Both the position numbers and the translations under genes were made by a program. Below the pieces are notes generated by a model. That model was not told the DNA's origin, searched no databases, and worked only from the letters and a program-made list of their open reading frames with translations. 64,000 nucleotides of DNA from an uncultured Candidatus Saccharibacteria bacterium (GTDB lineage: Bacteria; Patescibacteriota; Minisyncoccia; Phycocordibacterales; Phycocordibacteraceae), in assembly GCA_964507275.1 (NCBI GenBank), contig CAZDPG010000001.1:468577-532576 (forward strand). The letters run 5' to 3'. Numbering within the stretch: position 1 is the stretch's first letter; every line of letters starts with the position of its first letter. Shown here in pieces: positions 41,352 through 51,405 of the stretch.

Positions 41352-41984
41352 TTACTTCGCGCGGAGCTTCTTCAATGCTGCGACCGTAGCGCGTGCGATA
41401 GTGAGCTTGTTCTTCGAGCGAGAGTGGATCTTCGTGACGACATCGGTCACGCCAGCGAGATCGAGGACGGTGCGCATCGCCGAGCCAGCAACGAGACCGC
41501 GACCGCGTGACGGGATGATCTCGACGGTCGAAGACGCATACTTCGTCGATACTTCATGCGGAATCGAGCCAGATGCTGTACGAGGAATCGTAAAGAGATG
41601 CTTCTTCGCATCACGCGTCGCCTTATCAATAGCGAGCGCCGTATCGATACCCTTACCGAGACCGACGCCAACGCGACCCTTGCGATCACCAATGACGACA
41701 ACGAGGCTGAAGTTGAAGCGGCGACCACCTGCCATAACACGAGCGACACGGCGTGCATCGATTGTAACCTGATCGAACTCGCCACGCTCACGTGGTGGAC
41801 GCGCGCCTCGACTCCCGCCGCGGGATGCATGCGGGGAACGTCCGCGAATCGGTCCGCGTGCACCCGGGCGTGCCGCCGGAGCGACGACTCCTTCTACGGC
41901 CTCTGCGACAACAGGCGTAGCTGGCGTCTCAGCAACGCTTTCCACGGCTTCCTGAATTACTTCCTGTTCTGGTGTCATAGTCAT
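41352..41984 (-). CDS. rpsE: 30S ribosomal protein S5
   Basis: RVARVMAGGRRF, GRVGVGLGK; N-terminal extension. Confidence 0.96.
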   Translation of the reverse strand: MTMTPEQEVIQEAVESVAETPATPVVAEAVEGVVAPAARPGARGPIRGRSPHASRGGSRGARPPRERGEFDQVTIDARRVARVMAGGRRFNFSLVVVIGDRKGRVGVGLGKGIDTALAIDKATRDAKKHLFTIPRTASGSIPHEVSTKYASSTVEIIPSRGRGLVAGSAMRTVLDLAGVTDVVTKIHSRSKNKLTIARATVAALKKLRAK

Positions 41985-41988
41985 GATA

Positions 41989-42339
41989 TTAAAATGTGAG
42001 ACCTCCTTCGCGAGCTGCGTCCGCAAGCGTCTTCACCTGGCCGCCGTAGCGGTAGCCAGCTCGGTCGAAGACAATCGCACCGATGCCGAGTGCCTTTGCC
42101 TTCGCTGCGATTGCGGAGCCGACTTCCTTCGCCTGCACCGACTGCGGGCCCTTGAATTCGCGACCGTGCGCTGCGGCAAGCGTCTTCCCTGCTGCATCGT
42201 CGATGAGCTGTGCTGAGACGAAGCGATTGCTGCGGTACACCGCCAAGCGCGGTCGCTCTGCAGTACCTTTGATCGTAGCTCGCACGCGCGCGTGGCGGCG
42301 CTTGCGGAGTACACTTTTCGTTGCGGGTGCGTGTTGCAT
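41989..42339 (-). CDS. rplR: 50S ribosomal protein L18
   Basis: RPRLAVYRSN, VFDRAGY. Confidence 0.97.
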   Translation of the reverse strand: MQHAPATKSVLRKRRHARVRATIKGTAERPRLAVYRSNRFVSAQLIDDAAGKTLAAAHGREFKGPQSVQAKEVGSAIAAKAKALGIGAIVFDRAGYRYGGQVKTLADAAREGGLTF

Positions 42340-42345
42340 AAATGA

Positions 42346-42876
42346 TTAGACTGCTTTCTTACCCTGCTTGCGGCGGATAACTTCCCCATCGTAGCGGATA
42401 CCCTTGCCGAGATACGGCTCAGGCGGCTTCACGCGGCGGATGTTCGCGGCGAACTGACCGACTGACTCCTTGTTGATGCTCTCAAGCTTGATGGCGTTCT
42501 TCTCGACCGTTGCGGTGACATCTTCCGGAATTGCGAGTGGCACCGTGTGCGAGAAACCGACTGTGAGCACGAGATCCTTGCCCTTGAGTTCAACGCGATA
42601 ACCGACTCCTTCGAGGATGAGCTTCTTCATGAACGGCGTCTCAACACCCTGGACCATATTCTTCACATGGGAAGCGAATGTGCCCGTGAGCGCCTTGGCG
42701 AGGCGGGAACGGTCCTTCGGCGACACTGTCACCTTCCCATCTGCGACGGCGATATCGATCGTCGGATGCACGCGCTTGGTGAGCGTACCCTTCGGACCCT
42801 TAACGGTCAGGACTCCACCGGCGACCGAGACATCGGTCTTTCCTATTACTGTTGGTTTTTTTGCGAGGCGGCTCAT
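42346..42876 (-). CDS. rplF: 50S ribosomal protein L6
   Basis: VKGPKG, PEPYLGKGIRY. Confidence 0.97.
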   Translation of the reverse strand: MSRLAKKPTVIGKTDVSVAGGVLTVKGPKGTLTKRVHPTIDIAVADGKVTVSPKDRSRLAKALTGTFASHVKNMVQGVETPFMKKLILEGVGYRVELKGKDLVLTVGFSHTVPLAIPEDVTATVEKNAIKLESINKESVGQFAANIRRVKPPEPYLGKGIRYDGEVIRRKQGKKAV

Positions 42877-42880
42877 AGTA

Positions 42881-43285
42881 TTACCAGATCTCAAAGAGAT
42901 TCTCTCCACCTGTGTTGGTCTTGCGCGCCTCAGTATCAGTGATGACACCTGCTGACGAGGAGAGGATGCGTGCACCCGTACCACCCTTCACGCGATGCGC
43001 TTCCGCAGACGGAACATACAGCCGACGACCCGGCTTACTGATACGCTTTACGCCACGAAGCTTCGCCTGTCCGCGTTCGTCAAAGGCGAGTGTTACCAGA
43101 ATATCCTTCTTTACGTCACTCTCCCCCTTTGTCTTCACTTCTACTGAAGCGATGAACCCAAGCTCTTTGAGTTTCTTCGCAATTGCGAGGACGTGCGAAG
43201 AGTGCGGGACAGACACCAACGGCTTGCCGATCTTAGCGGCATTCTGGAGACGGATTATGAAATCGCCGATGCGGTCAGTTACCAT
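42881..43285 (-). CDS. rpsH: 30S ribosomal protein S8
   Basis: [18 protein letters not shown]. Confidence 0.97.
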   Translation of the reverse strand: MVTDRIGDFIIRLQNAAKIGKPLVSVPHSSHVLAIAKKLKELGFIASVEVKTKGESDVKKDILVTLAFDERGQAKLRGVKRISKPGRRLYVPSAEAHRVKGGTGARILSSSAGVITDTEARKTNTGGENLFEIW

Positions 43286-43548
43286 GATGCTTTCTTTACG
43301 CCTGGTATCTTCCCTTCAAGCGCGAGCTCGCGGAACTGAATGCGTGAGAGACCGAACGCGCGCATATAGCCGCGGGAGCGGCCCGTGATCGCACAGCGGT
43401 TCTTCAACCGCACTGGCGAGGAGTTCTTCGGAAGCTTCTGGAGTCCCGCAGAATCACCCGCAGCTTTGAGGGCTGCGCGCTTAACTGCATATTTCGCGAC
43501 GAGTTTCGTCTTTTTGACGAGCCGAGCGAGTTGGGACTTTTTTGCCAT
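43279..43548 (-). CDS. rpsN: 30S ribosomal protein S14, long Zn-independent form
   Basis: 89 aa, [19 protein letters not shown]. Confidence 0.97.
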   Translation of the reverse strand: MAKKSQLARLVKKTKLVAKYAVKRAALKAAGDSAGLQKLPKNSSPVRLKNRCAITGRSRGYMRAFGLSRIQFRELALEGKIPGVKKASW

Positions 43549-43584
43549 AAAAAATAAAGCTCCGAGGAGCGTATTCAGAGATTA

Positions 43585-44136
43585 TCAGCGTTTTACGCCC
43601 GAGTCAACGATGAGCGGCATTCCGAGGTGGCGGAGGAACGCTTCAGCTTCGGCCTTCGACTTGGCAGAAGTAACAATGGTGACGGCGAGACCGAAGACAT
43701 CCTTCAGGTCCTCATCGCTCGTCTCCGGGAAGATTGTGTTGTCTTTGATACCAATAGTGAAGTTCCCCATGGCATCAATCGCCGACGCCTTCAATCCGCG
43801 GAAGTCGCGCGTACGTGGAAGCGCAATATGAATCATCTTGTCGATGAAGTCATACATGCGCGCGCCGCGGAGCGTCACCTGCATACCGACGATATCGCCC
43901 TCACGCAGCTTGAAGGAAGCGATTGAGAGACGTGCCGGTCGGAGCGCTGGCTTCTGACCCGTAATCTTTGCGAGCCGATCCTGGATGAGCTCGAGCTGCT
44001 TCTTATCACGCTTCTTGCCGACGCCGGAAGATACGATTACCTTCTCGATGCGCGGACCCTGCATCGTGCTGGTATAGCCGAACTGCTCCGCAAGTGCGGC
44101 ATAGGCTGTCTGCTGTTTTTGTTTGGTGATAGACAT
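43585..44136 (-). CDS. rplE: 50S ribosomal protein L5
   Basis: ITGQKP, LPRTRDFRG. Confidence 0.97.
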   Translation of the reverse strand: MSITKQKQQTAYAALAEQFGYTSTMQGPRIEKVIVSSGVGKKRDKKQLELIQDRLAKITGQKPALRPARLSIASFKLREGDIVGMQVTLRGARMYDFIDKMIHIALPRTRDFRGLKASAIDAMGNFTIGIKDNTIFPETSDEDLKDVFGLAVTIVTSAKSKAEAEAFLRHLGMPLIVDSGVKR

Positions 44137-44137
44137 A

Positions 44138-44359
44138 TTATTTTCCTTCAACACGCTGCACGTTCGACACGTGAATCGGGCGCGGGCGCTCACTGATGTG
44201 GCCAACCTTCCCTCCGACGCCCTTCACGTGGCGCTTCGCGATTGCGATACCCTCGATAACTACTTTATCGTCCTTCGGCAGAGCGCGCAGAATGACGCCG
44301 GACTTCCCTTTGTCCTTCCCTGCGATGATCTTCACTTTGTCTCCTTTTTTTACGTGCAT
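44138..44359 (-). CDS. rplX: 50S ribosomal protein L24 (short, 73 aa)
   Basis: [17 protein letters not shown]...PIHVSNV. Confidence 0.95.
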   Translation of the reverse strand: MHVKKGDKVKIIAGKDKGKSGVILRALPKDDKVVIEGIAIAKRHVKGVGGKVGHISERPRPIHVSNVQRVEGK

Positions 44360-44369
44360 ACTGAAAATA

Positions 44370-44747
44370 TTAGACGACTTCTGGGGCGAGAGACACGATG
44401 GAGTGCCATCCCATCTCGGAGAGCTCGCGGGGCACCGGACCGAAGATACGGTTCCCTTTCGGACCCATCTCCTTACCCTGCTTCTCGATGAGCACGACCG
44501 CGTTCTCATCGAAGCGCACATACGAACCGTCCTTACGACCGAAAGGCTTCACCTGGCGCACGACAATCGCGCGGAAGATATCCTTCTTCTTCACTGCCTT
44601 ACGCGGCTCCGCGCTCTGGATAGAGACGACGACCGAGTCACCAATCTCCGCATAGCGGCGCTTGCTGCCGCCGAGCACCTTGAAGATGCGCGCGACCTTG
44701 CCGCCGGAATTATCTGCAACTGTGACGATGGATTGAGGCTGCAACAT
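44370..44747 (-). CDS. rplN: 50S ribosomal protein L14
   Basis: VADNSG, RIFGPV, SLAPEV. Confidence 0.98.
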   Translation of the reverse strand: MLQPQSIVTVADNSGGKVARIFKVLGGSKRRYAEIGDSVVVSIQSAEPRKAVKKKDIFRAIVVRQVKPFGRKDGSYVRFDENAVVLIEKQGKEMGPKGNRIFGPVPRELSEMGWHSIVSLAPEVV

Positions 44748-44752
44748 ATATA

Positions 44753-45025
44753 TTATTCGCCGCGTTCTGCGGAAACCGTCTTGGTCGGATCAATCGCGAA
44801 GCTCTTCAGCTTCGAGATCGGGCGCACCGCGACGATCGTAACCGTGTCCCCTACCTGTACGGTGTTCCCCGGATCATGCGCGAGGAACTTCTTCGAGCGC
44901 ACGAAATACTTCTTGTATTTCGCGTTCTTCACGTAGCGATCGACTTTGACCGTAGCCGTGTCCTTCATCGCCGTCTTAACGACAGTACCGACGAATGATT
45001 GGGGGCGGGAGATTTTTTGTTCCAT
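44753..45025 (-). CDS. rpsQ: 30S ribosomal protein S17
   Basis: KYKKYFVRSKKFLAHD, RPISK. Confidence 0.96.
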   Translation of the reverse strand: MEQKISRPQSFVGTVVKTAMKDTATVKVDRYVKNAKYKKYFVRSKKFLAHDPGNTVQVGDTVTIVAVRPISKLKSFAIDPTKTVSAERGE

Positions 45026-45030
45026 ATGAT

Positions 45031-45231
45031 TTAAATAGCGGTGAACGTACGAGCGTGCTTCTCGGTGAGAACGCGGGCGACCACAGCACGGAACTTCTTC
45101 GGCGCATTGCTGTCCTTGGCGCGGGCGCCAGCCGCAGAGAAGCGGACCGTGCGGAGTTCCGCGCGTGTGTCAGCGAGGAGCTTGGTGAGCTCCTGATCGG
45201 TTTTCTTCGTCATTACTTCTTTTTTTGTCAT
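45031..45231 (-). CDS. rpmC: 50S ribosomal protein L29
   Basis: Size, position, VARVLT. Confidence 0.9.
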   Translation of the reverse strand: MTKKEVMTKKTDQELTKLLADTRAELRTVRFSAAGARAKDSNAPKKFRAVVARVLTEKHARTFTAI

Positions 45232-45250
45232 ATATGGAGAGAAAAAGCAA

Positions 45251-45673
45251 TTATTGGCGCGTGACGATTGCCGTCTTGACTGGCAACTTCATGCCCGCCT
45301 GGCGCAGGTGCGCGCGAGCGATATCTTCCGGTACGCCGTCCATCTCGAAGAGGACGCGCCCAGGGCGCACCTGGAACACATAGTGCTTCGGGTCGCCCTT
45401 GCCGCTACCCATGCCGACCTCAGCAGGCTTCGCCGTCACCGGACGATCAGGGAAGATGCGGATCCAGAGCTTACCAGTCTTCGCCGTTGCGCGCGTAAGC
45501 ACTTTACGTGCCGACTCTATCTGATTGCTCGTCACGCGAGCCGGCGTGAGCGCCTTGAGTCCAAACGAGCCAAACACGACACTGATGCCGCGAGTATCGG
45601 GGCGATTGAGGCGCTTCTCGCTCAAACGCTGCGTCTGCCACTTACGATGTTTTACTTTTTTAGGAAACAACAT
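45251..45673 (-). CDS. rplP: 50S ribosomal protein L16
   Basis: QIESAR, WIRIFPD, MGSGKG. Confidence 0.97.
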   Translation of the reverse strand: MLFPKKVKHRKWQTQRLSEKRLNRPDTRGISVVFGSFGLKALTPARVTSNQIESARKVLTRATAKTGKLWIRIFPDRPVTAKPAEVGMGSGKGDPKHYVFQVRPGRVLFEMDGVPEDIARAHLRQAGMKLPVKTAIVTRQ

Positions 45674-45682
45674 ATTCAAATA

Positions 45683-46387
45683 TTAGCCGCGAGCCGGAGC
45701 CGCTTCAGGCATGCGAACCGATGCCCGCTTGTCCTGGTACACATTGCCGCGGAAGATCCACACCTTGATGCCGATGACGCCGTACGGAAGGTACGCCTGC
45801 TCGTGAGCGAAGTCGATGTCAGCGCGGAACGTCTGGAGCGGGATGCGACCCTTCTTCAGCTCCTCCTTACGGCTCATTTCTGCACCGCCCAAGCGGCCTG
45901 AAACGGCGATACGCACACCCTCGACCTCGCGGGCGGCTATCACCTTCTCGATCGTCTGCTTGAGCACGCGACGGAACGGCATGCGCTTCTCAAGACCCTC
46001 AGCAACCATATAAGCAACAACAGCAGCGTCGGTCTCAGGCTGGCGAATCTCGACGATGTCGAGCTTGAGCGTGCGGCGATCCAGCGGCGCTACCTTGTGC
46101 ACAACAGCACCGAGTTCAGTGCGTAGTTTCGTCGCGTTCTCGCCAGAGCGACCGATGACGAGCCCTGGGCGTGCCGTCGAAATCATGACGCGCAGCTCAT
46201 TTGCCGAGCGCTCAATCTCAATACCGCTTGTATAGGTACCGCGCAACTTCTTCGTGAGGAAACGGCGAATGGTCTCATCAACCTTGATATTTTCGCGATA
46301 GCTCTTGCTGTCAGCAGCGAACCAACGGCTCTTCCAGTCCCGGATGATGCCGAGGCGGTGTGCGTAAGGATGTACGGTGTGTGTCAT
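45683..46387 (-). CDS. rpsC: 30S ribosomal protein S3
   Basis: ARPGLVIG, GRLGGAEM, GVIGIKVWI. Confidence 0.97.
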   Translation of the reverse strand: MTHTVHPYAHRLGIIRDWKSRWFAADSKSYRENIKVDETIRRFLTKKLRGTYTSGIEIERSANELRVMISTARPGLVIGRSGENATKLRTELGAVVHKVAPLDRRTLKLDIVEIRQPETDAAVVAYMVAEGLEKRMPFRRVLKQTIEKVIAAREVEGVRIAVSGRLGGAEMSRKEELKKGRIPLQTFRADIDFAHEQAYLPYGVIGIKVWIFRGNVYQDKRASVRMPEAAPARG

Positions 46388-46393
46388 GGAAAA

Positions 46394-46714
46394 TTACGAG
46401 AGCGTTACGATGACGCGACTCTTGCGGCGGCGGATAGGTGCAGCACGGCCGAATGCGCGCGGCATGTACTTCTTCATCATGCCGGCGCTCTCGACGATGA
46501 TGTTCTTAATCGTGAGCTCGTCAGGATTCTGGCCTTGAGACTTCGCGTTCGCAGCGGCACTCTTGATGACCTTTGCGACCGGTTCAGAGGCACGGCGCGG
46601 GAGGAACTCGAGCGCGATGAGCGCGGCAGGGACTTTCTTCCCTTTGACGAGATCAGTCACAAGGCGGACCTTGCGCGGGGACTGGTTATGACTCTTGAGG
46701 GTTGCGTTTGCCAT
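46394..46714 (-). CDS. rplV: 50S ribosomal protein L22
   Basis: SPRKVRLV, SAAANA, PRAFGRA. Confidence 0.97.
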   Translation of the reverse strand: MANATLKSHNQSPRKVRLVTDLVKGKKVPAALIALEFLPRRASEPVAKVIKSAAANAKSQGQNPDELTIKNIIVESAGMMKKYMPRAFGRAAPIRRRKSRVIVTLS

Positions 46715-46717
46715 ATA

Positions 46718-47071
46718 TTATTTCTTCTTCGCAGGAGACTTTGCTGGCGCAGCCTTTGCAGCCTTCGCAGAAGCTATCTCAGCCTGCTGCTTCTTCTGCT
46801 CGAGCTCCTTCTGCATCTTGCCGCCGTGTCGGATGAACTTCTTGGTCGGAGAGAACTCGCCAAGACGATGTCCGACCATCTCTTCGGAGATGGTGATTTC
46901 GATGTGCGACTTGCCGTTATGCACTCCGAACGAGAACCCGACCATCTCCGGACTTATTTGGCTGCGACGCGCCCATGTCTTTATCACGCCGGCGGTTGCC
47001 GGTTTCTTGTCGAGGATCTTCTTCATGAGCTTAGCGTCCACGAAGGGTCCTTTCTTGAGTGAGCGTGACAT
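46718..47071 (-). CDS. rpsS: 30S ribosomal protein S19
   Basis: [22 protein letters not shown]. Confidence 0.97.
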   Translation of the reverse strand: MSRSLKKGPFVDAKLMKKILDKKPATAGVIKTWARRSQISPEMVGFSFGVHNGKSHIEITISEEMVGHRLGEFSPTKKFIRHGGKMQKELEQKKQQAEIASAKAAKAAPAKSPAKKK

Positions 47072-47107
47072 GGAAGTAATGAAAAGCCCGCGCAGCGGGA
47101 TACTGCA

Positions 47108-47136
47108 AAGATACAGGAAGCCGTCCACGGAGTCAA
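47108..47136 (-). promoter_or_regulatory. Internal promoter restarting the S10 operon at rpsS
   Basis: TTGACT-17 nt-TATCTT. Confidence 0.6.
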
Positions 47137-47269
47137 ATGTACCGTTCCGAAACACCCTCATAAATCCTACGCCGTTTCAGAACCTTGACATATACGGAAA
47201 GTAAGTCGTGAGATAAAAACATGACCCGGACACATGTGCCGGGCCATAAAAACCTCAAGAATGGGGACT

Positions 47270-48412
47270 TCAGGAACGCAGAAGACTGTTGAGGGCTGTC
47301 GCCGCGTCCGTCTGCTCGTCTCGGTATTTCACGATGTGCGGACAGATGAGGCCGTTCTCGGGATTGACCCCCATCATGACGACCGCGTACGGGGGGACTT
47401 CGCCGCGAATGACGCGGTTCCCGGCGGTACGATCAACAATCGGCGTATTCTTGCCGATGAAGACGCCCATGGAAAGAACTGCCCCGGTGCGGACAATCAC
47501 CCCCTCGACCACTTCCGAGCGCGCACCGATGAAGCAATTATCTTCGATGATCGTCGGATTGGCCTGCAGAGGCTCGAGCACGCCGCCGATGCCGACACCG
47601 CCCGAGAGGTGGCAGTTCGAGCCGATCTGCGCACAGGAACCGACCGTCGCCCACGTGTCGACCATCGTACCTTCATCGACATACGCGCCGATATTCACGA
47701 AGCTCGGCATCAGCACGACATTCTTGCCGATGAAGCTGCCCCGCCGGACGACCGCGCCAGGGACGACGCGGAAACCCGCCTCGCGGAAGGTCGTTTCTTT
47801 CCAGCGCCTGAACTTGAGCGGCACCTTGTCGAAATACAGAGGACCGTCATCAAATCCCACCACGCCGGTATCGCCCATCACCTTGTTATCGCTCAGCCGA
47901 AAGGACAAAAGCACGGCTTTCTTCAGCGCCTGATTCGTAAACCATCCGTCCCCGAGCTTCATGGCAGTGCGCCATTGACCGCTGTCGAGCATGCTCATTG
48001 CCGTGTCGACGGCGAGGAAGAGGTCCTTCGGCGCATTCTCCGGCGAAAAGCTCGCGCGGTCTTCCCAGGCATCCTCGATAATCTTGAACGGCGAATGGAG
48101 ACGAATGCCGCCGTCGTAGAAGGTCACCCCGGACAAGCCCTGCTTCAGGAAGGCGCGGATGTTCGGATGATTCGTTCCGTCCGGGTCTTTCAGGACCTCT
48201 TCGGCTGCCTCACCGAACAGGGAGAGCACCTGGTCTTCCCTCAGACCATACAGCTTCGCAAAGCCAAGGATCGTGAGCGACCCCATGTTTTCGCCAGAAG
48301 CGTTACGGTGCAGACCAACCGAGAACCCTTGTACGGGGACGTGGTGGACTGACTGGATTGCCTTGATGTTGGCTTCCAACTTCGGATACTTCGCGGGTTG
48401 AGCATGGCTCAT
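47270..48412 (-). CDS. dapD: HopJ-like domain fused to tetrahydrodipicolinate N-succinyltransferase (DapD)
   Basis: C-terminal [58 protein letters not shown]-terminal ~100 aa with [32 protein letters not shown]. Confidence 0.88.
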   Translation of the reverse strand: MSHAQPAKYPKLEANIKAIQSVHHVPVQGFSVGLHRNASGENMGSLTILGFAKLYGLREDQVLSLFGEAAEEVLKDPDGTNHPNIRAFLKQGLSGVTFYDGGIRLHSPFKIIEDAWEDRASFSPENAPKDLFLAVDTAMSMLDSGQWRTAMKLGDGWFTNQALKKAVLLSFRLSDNKVMGDTGVVGFDDGPLYFDKVPLKFRRWKETTFREAGFRVVPGAVVRRGSFIGKNVVLMPSFVNIGAYVDEGTMVDTWATVGSCAQIGSNCHLSGGVGIGGVLEPLQANPTIIEDNCFIGARSEVVEGVIVRTGAVLSMGVFIGKNTPIVDRTAGNRVIRGEVPPYAVVMMGVNPENGLICPHIVKYRDEQTDAATALNSLLRS

Positions 48413-48507
48413 GGTTTCTCCTTCAGAGAGTGTGCCGTTTACACGGCGGATTGAGATGTTTTTGTGCTTCTATTCCTCGAGCATATGAACACAGGATGTT
48501 GTAAAAA

Positions 48508-48541
48508 GCAAAACTCGCGACCATAAGGTCGCGAGTTTTGC
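48508..48541 (-). terminator. Terminator after rplB
   Basis: GCAAAACTCGCGACC-ATAA-GGTCGCGAGTTTTGC, followed by a T run on the minus strand. Confidence 0.8.
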
Positions 48542-48560
48542 TTGAATCGTGAAATGAGTC

Positions 48561-49403
48561 CTAACGCTTCTTGCCGACTTTGCGGCGGGAGACGATGAAG
48601 ACGTTCGAGTACTTCTTCGGGGTGCGAGTCTTCTGTCCCTTGCCGGACGGCTTGCCCCACTTCGTCTTCGCGCGTCGGAGTCCTCGGCCCTGACGACCCT
48701 CGCCGCCGCCGTGCGGATGGTCAACCGGGTTCATCGCGGTACCGCGGACGGTCGGACGGATGCCGAGCCAGCGAGAGCGGCCTGCCTTGCCGATGACGAC
48801 GAGATTGTACTCTTCGTTGCCGACCGCACCGATAGAAGCCCAGGCGAGGTCAGAGACTTTGCGAATCTCGGTCGACGGCAGCTTGATCTGCGCATAGCCA
48901 GCATCGTGCGCGACGACCTCGGCGAAGTTGCCTGCCGAGCGAACGAGGGAAGCGCCGGTTCCCGGAGCAATTTCGATGTTGTACACCGCGGTACCAACCG
49001 GGATCTTGCCGAGCGGAAGGCGATTGCCGGTCGTGAGCGGAGCGTCTTCTGCGACGATGAACGTGCTACCGACTTTCATCTCCTTAGGGAGGATGACGTA
49101 GCGGCGCTCGCCGTCTCGGTAGAGCGCGAGGCCGATGAATGCCGAGCGGAACGGATCGTACTCGACCGTCTCGATGACTGCCGGAATGCCCTTCTTGTTG
49201 TATGAGAAGTCGATCTCGCGCAGGCGACGCTTGTGTCCGCCTCCCTGATGACGCACTGTGATGCGACCGAACGCGTTGCGACCCGCGCGATTCTTGTTCT
49301 TCGAAAGCAGCGGCTTGTACGGCTTATCACCAGAAAGAAGCTCCTTGTACGGCAAGGTGGTCATCTGGCGGCGGCTGTCGGTTGTTGGCTTGTACGTTTT
49401 CAT
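48561..49403 (-). CDS. rplB: 50S ribosomal protein L2
   Basis: EYDPFRSA, RGTAMNPVDHPHGGGEG. Confidence 0.98.
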   Translation of the reverse strand: MKTYKPTTDSRRQMTTLPYKELLSGDKPYKPLLSKNKNRAGRNAFGRITVRHQGGGHKRRLREIDFSYNKKGIPAVIETVEYDPFRSAFIGLALYRDGERRYVILPKEMKVGSTFIVAEDAPLTTGNRLPLGKIPVGTAVYNIEIAPGTGASLVRSAGNFAEVVAHDAGYAQIKLPSTEIRKVSDLAWASIGAVGNEEYNLVVIGKAGRSRWLGIRPTVRGTAMNPVDHPHGGGEGRQGRGLRRAKTKWGKPSGKGQKTRTPKKYSNVFIVSRRKVGKKR

Positions 49404-49413
49404 ACGGAAATGA

Positions 49414-49779
49414 TTATGCGAACTGGATGCTGTCGCCCGCATTCAGGTAGACATAGGCCTTCGTGCGCGCTGCACGCGTGCCAACACCGCGGCGGGTACG
49501 CATCGCCTTCGTCTTAGCGGGAAGGTTCACGATGCGGACAGCCTTCGGGGCGACATTGTAGATCTCCTTGATAGCACCGGCGATCTCTGACTTGGTCGCG
49601 CGCGGCGAGACCGCGAAGGCGTAGACGCCTTTCTCAGTCGCGATGAGCGCCTTCTCCGAGAACCACGGTGCGCGGATGATGTCGTGCGCAGCACCCTGCC
49701 CCGACTTGATAGCGTGCGCGTGATGCTTCACGACCACACCTTCCTTCTTTACTTTCTTTTTGTCGCCGAAGATTGCCAT
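49414..49779 (-). CDS. rplW: 50S ribosomal protein L23
   Basis: SEKA, KAYVYL. Confidence 0.94.
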   Translation of the reverse strand: MAIFGDKKKVKKEGVVVKHHAHAIKSGQGAAHDIIRAPWFSEKALIATEKGVYAFAVSPRATKSEIAGAIKEIYNVAPKAVRIVNLPAKTKAMRTRRGVGTRAARTKAYVYLNAGDSIQFA

Positions 49780-49785
49780 AATGAT

Positions 49786-50502
49786 TTATTTAGCTTTCGC
49801 CCGAGCGATGAGCGCGGCGAACGACTCCTCCGGCTTCTCGATGACGAGGTACTTCGCCGTCATCACGTTAAGCGGATTCAGATTGCGCACTTCCTCGGTC
49901 ATCACGTTGCCGAAATTGCTGAAGCTCTTGATCGCGTTCAGGTCGTACGAAGCGAGTGCGAGGAGCGCTGCGTTCTTCTTCTTAGACACGAGATAGGTCG
50001 CTGCTGCGCCCTCGGCGAGCTTGCCGAGCGCCAACTTCGCTACCTTCGCCTTCGGCTCTGCGAACGCGAACTTGTCGACGAGGATAAGTTCGCCATCCTT
50101 TGCCTTGCGCGAAAGTACCGAAATAAGTGCCTGCGTACGCATCTTCTTATTGATCTTCTCGCTGTAGTCGCGTTCTGAGCGTGGGCCGAACGTGACACCG
50201 CCGTGACGCCAGATTGGCGAGCGCGTGGAGCTGTGGCGAGCCTGGCCAGTGCCCTTCTGCGCCCATGGCTTCTTGCCGCCGCCAGACACCTCAGAGCGGT
50301 CCTTGGTGTTCGCGCGGTTCTGGCGAGCATTTGCCTGCATCGCAGTGGTGACCTGGTGCACGAGGTCTGCGCGCCATGGTGCGGTGAAAAGGCTCTCCGG
50401 AAGAGTGAACATACCAACCTTTGTGCCGTCCATGGAGAAGACCGGCATCTCGAGCGAGACTGCTACTTTTTCCTTCTTCGTCGTTTTCTTTGGAGTAGTC
50501 AT
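49786..50502 (-). CDS. rplD: 50S ribosomal protein L4
   Basis: KPWAQKGTGQARH, GGVTFGP. Confidence 0.97.
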   Translation of the reverse strand: MTTPKKTTKKEKVAVSLEMPVFSMDGTKVGMFTLPESLFTAPWRADLVHQVTTAMQANARQNRANTKDRSEVSGGGKKPWAQKGTGQARHSSTRSPIWRHGGVTFGPRSERDYSEKINKKMRTQALISVLSRKAKDGELILVDKFAFAEPKAKVAKLALGKLAEGAAATYLVSKKKNAALLALASYDLNAIKSFSNFGNVMTEEVRNLNPLNVMTAKYLVIEKPEESFAALIARAKAK

Positions 50503-50512
50503 GGTATGAAAA

Positions 50513-51127
50513 TTATGCAGACACGACTTCGAGCAGCGTGCCGCGGCGGCCCGGTACGGCACCCGAGATGACGATATGGCCTGCCTTCGCATCGACCGCG
50601 AGGACCTTGAGGTTCGTGACGGTTACCCGGTCCGTACCCATACGGCCGGCCATCTTCTTTCCCTTCACGACACGACCGCCAGCGCGACCGCCTGAACCGC
50701 CGATAGAACCAGGGGAGCGCTCGGTGTGCTTCTGACCGTGACTGCGCGGACCGCCATGGAAACCGTGGCGCTTCACGACGCCTGAGAAGCCCTTACCCTT
50801 GGAAAGGCCTGAGACACGTACGACATCACCGACTGCAAAAGTCGATACGTCGATAACCGCTCCCTCCTCCACGCCTTCTGCGCCACGGAATTCGCGGAGC
50901 GCTTCAAAGCCCTTGCCGTCCGTGTGACCGAGGACCGCCTTACTCACGTTCTTCGTCTTGCGAGAACCCATACCGACCTGGACAGCTGCATAGCCGTCCT
51001 TCCCCGTCTCAGTCTTCACCTGCGTGACCGTCACCGGAGCGACATTCAGAATCGTACCTGCATAGGCACGACCATCATCCGCGAAGACGCGGATCATATT
51101 CTCTTTGGTGGCGAGGATGAATTTCAT
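50513..51127 (-). CDS. rplC: 50S ribosomal protein L3
   Basis: SKGKGFSGVVKRH, PGSIG, GAVPG. Confidence 0.97.
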   Translation of the reverse strand: MKFILATKENMIRVFADDGRAYAGTILNVAPVTVTQVKTETGKDGYAAVQVGMGSRKTKNVSKAVLGHTDGKGFEALREFRGAEGVEEGAVIDVSTFAVGDVVRVSGLSKGKGFSGVVKRHGFHGGPRSHGQKHTERSPGSIGGSGGRAGGRVVKGKKMAGRMGTDRVTVTNLKVLAVDAKAGHIVISGAVPGRRGTLLEVVSA

Positions 51128-51250
51128 TTTTTAAAGCAAAACGCGCGACAGCAAATCGCGTCGCGCGAGTTGCCATAGGTCCGAGCTGACTGCAGCTCGT
51201 ACGTAGCTTTAGGAGCACTCTACACGAACCCAGAAAAAGATGCAAGAAAC

Positions 51251-51405
51251 ACAAAATCCCGCTAAGCGGGATTGTTTCGTGAAAGATCAATAGGGAGCGA
51301 AGGCCTCCGAGGGTCGTGTGCGCATCTGCCTTGAGCGAGAGCCCGTCGACTGGGATGGCACAAAGTGGCGCCTGAAGCACACACGAATCCCCGGAGGTTA
51401 CCTGG
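51251..51405 (-). ncRNA. Candidate structured small RNA between rpsJ and rplC
   Basis: Extended -10 (TG-C-TATTGT, 51407-51415), a long closing stem at 51304-51397, terminator hairpin at 51251-51275, no credible ORF. Confidence 0.45.

Noticed and set aside
41341-41352. Absence of rpmD (L30) between rpsE and rplO
   Set aside because: Real, but a known general trait of CPR bacteria; used only as a taxonomic clue.
47234-48352. 372-aa plus-strand ORF, and other long antisense ORFs such as 24886-25947 and 51828-52865
   Set aside because: These are shadows of well-supported genes on the opposite strand, as expected from GC-rich codon bias.
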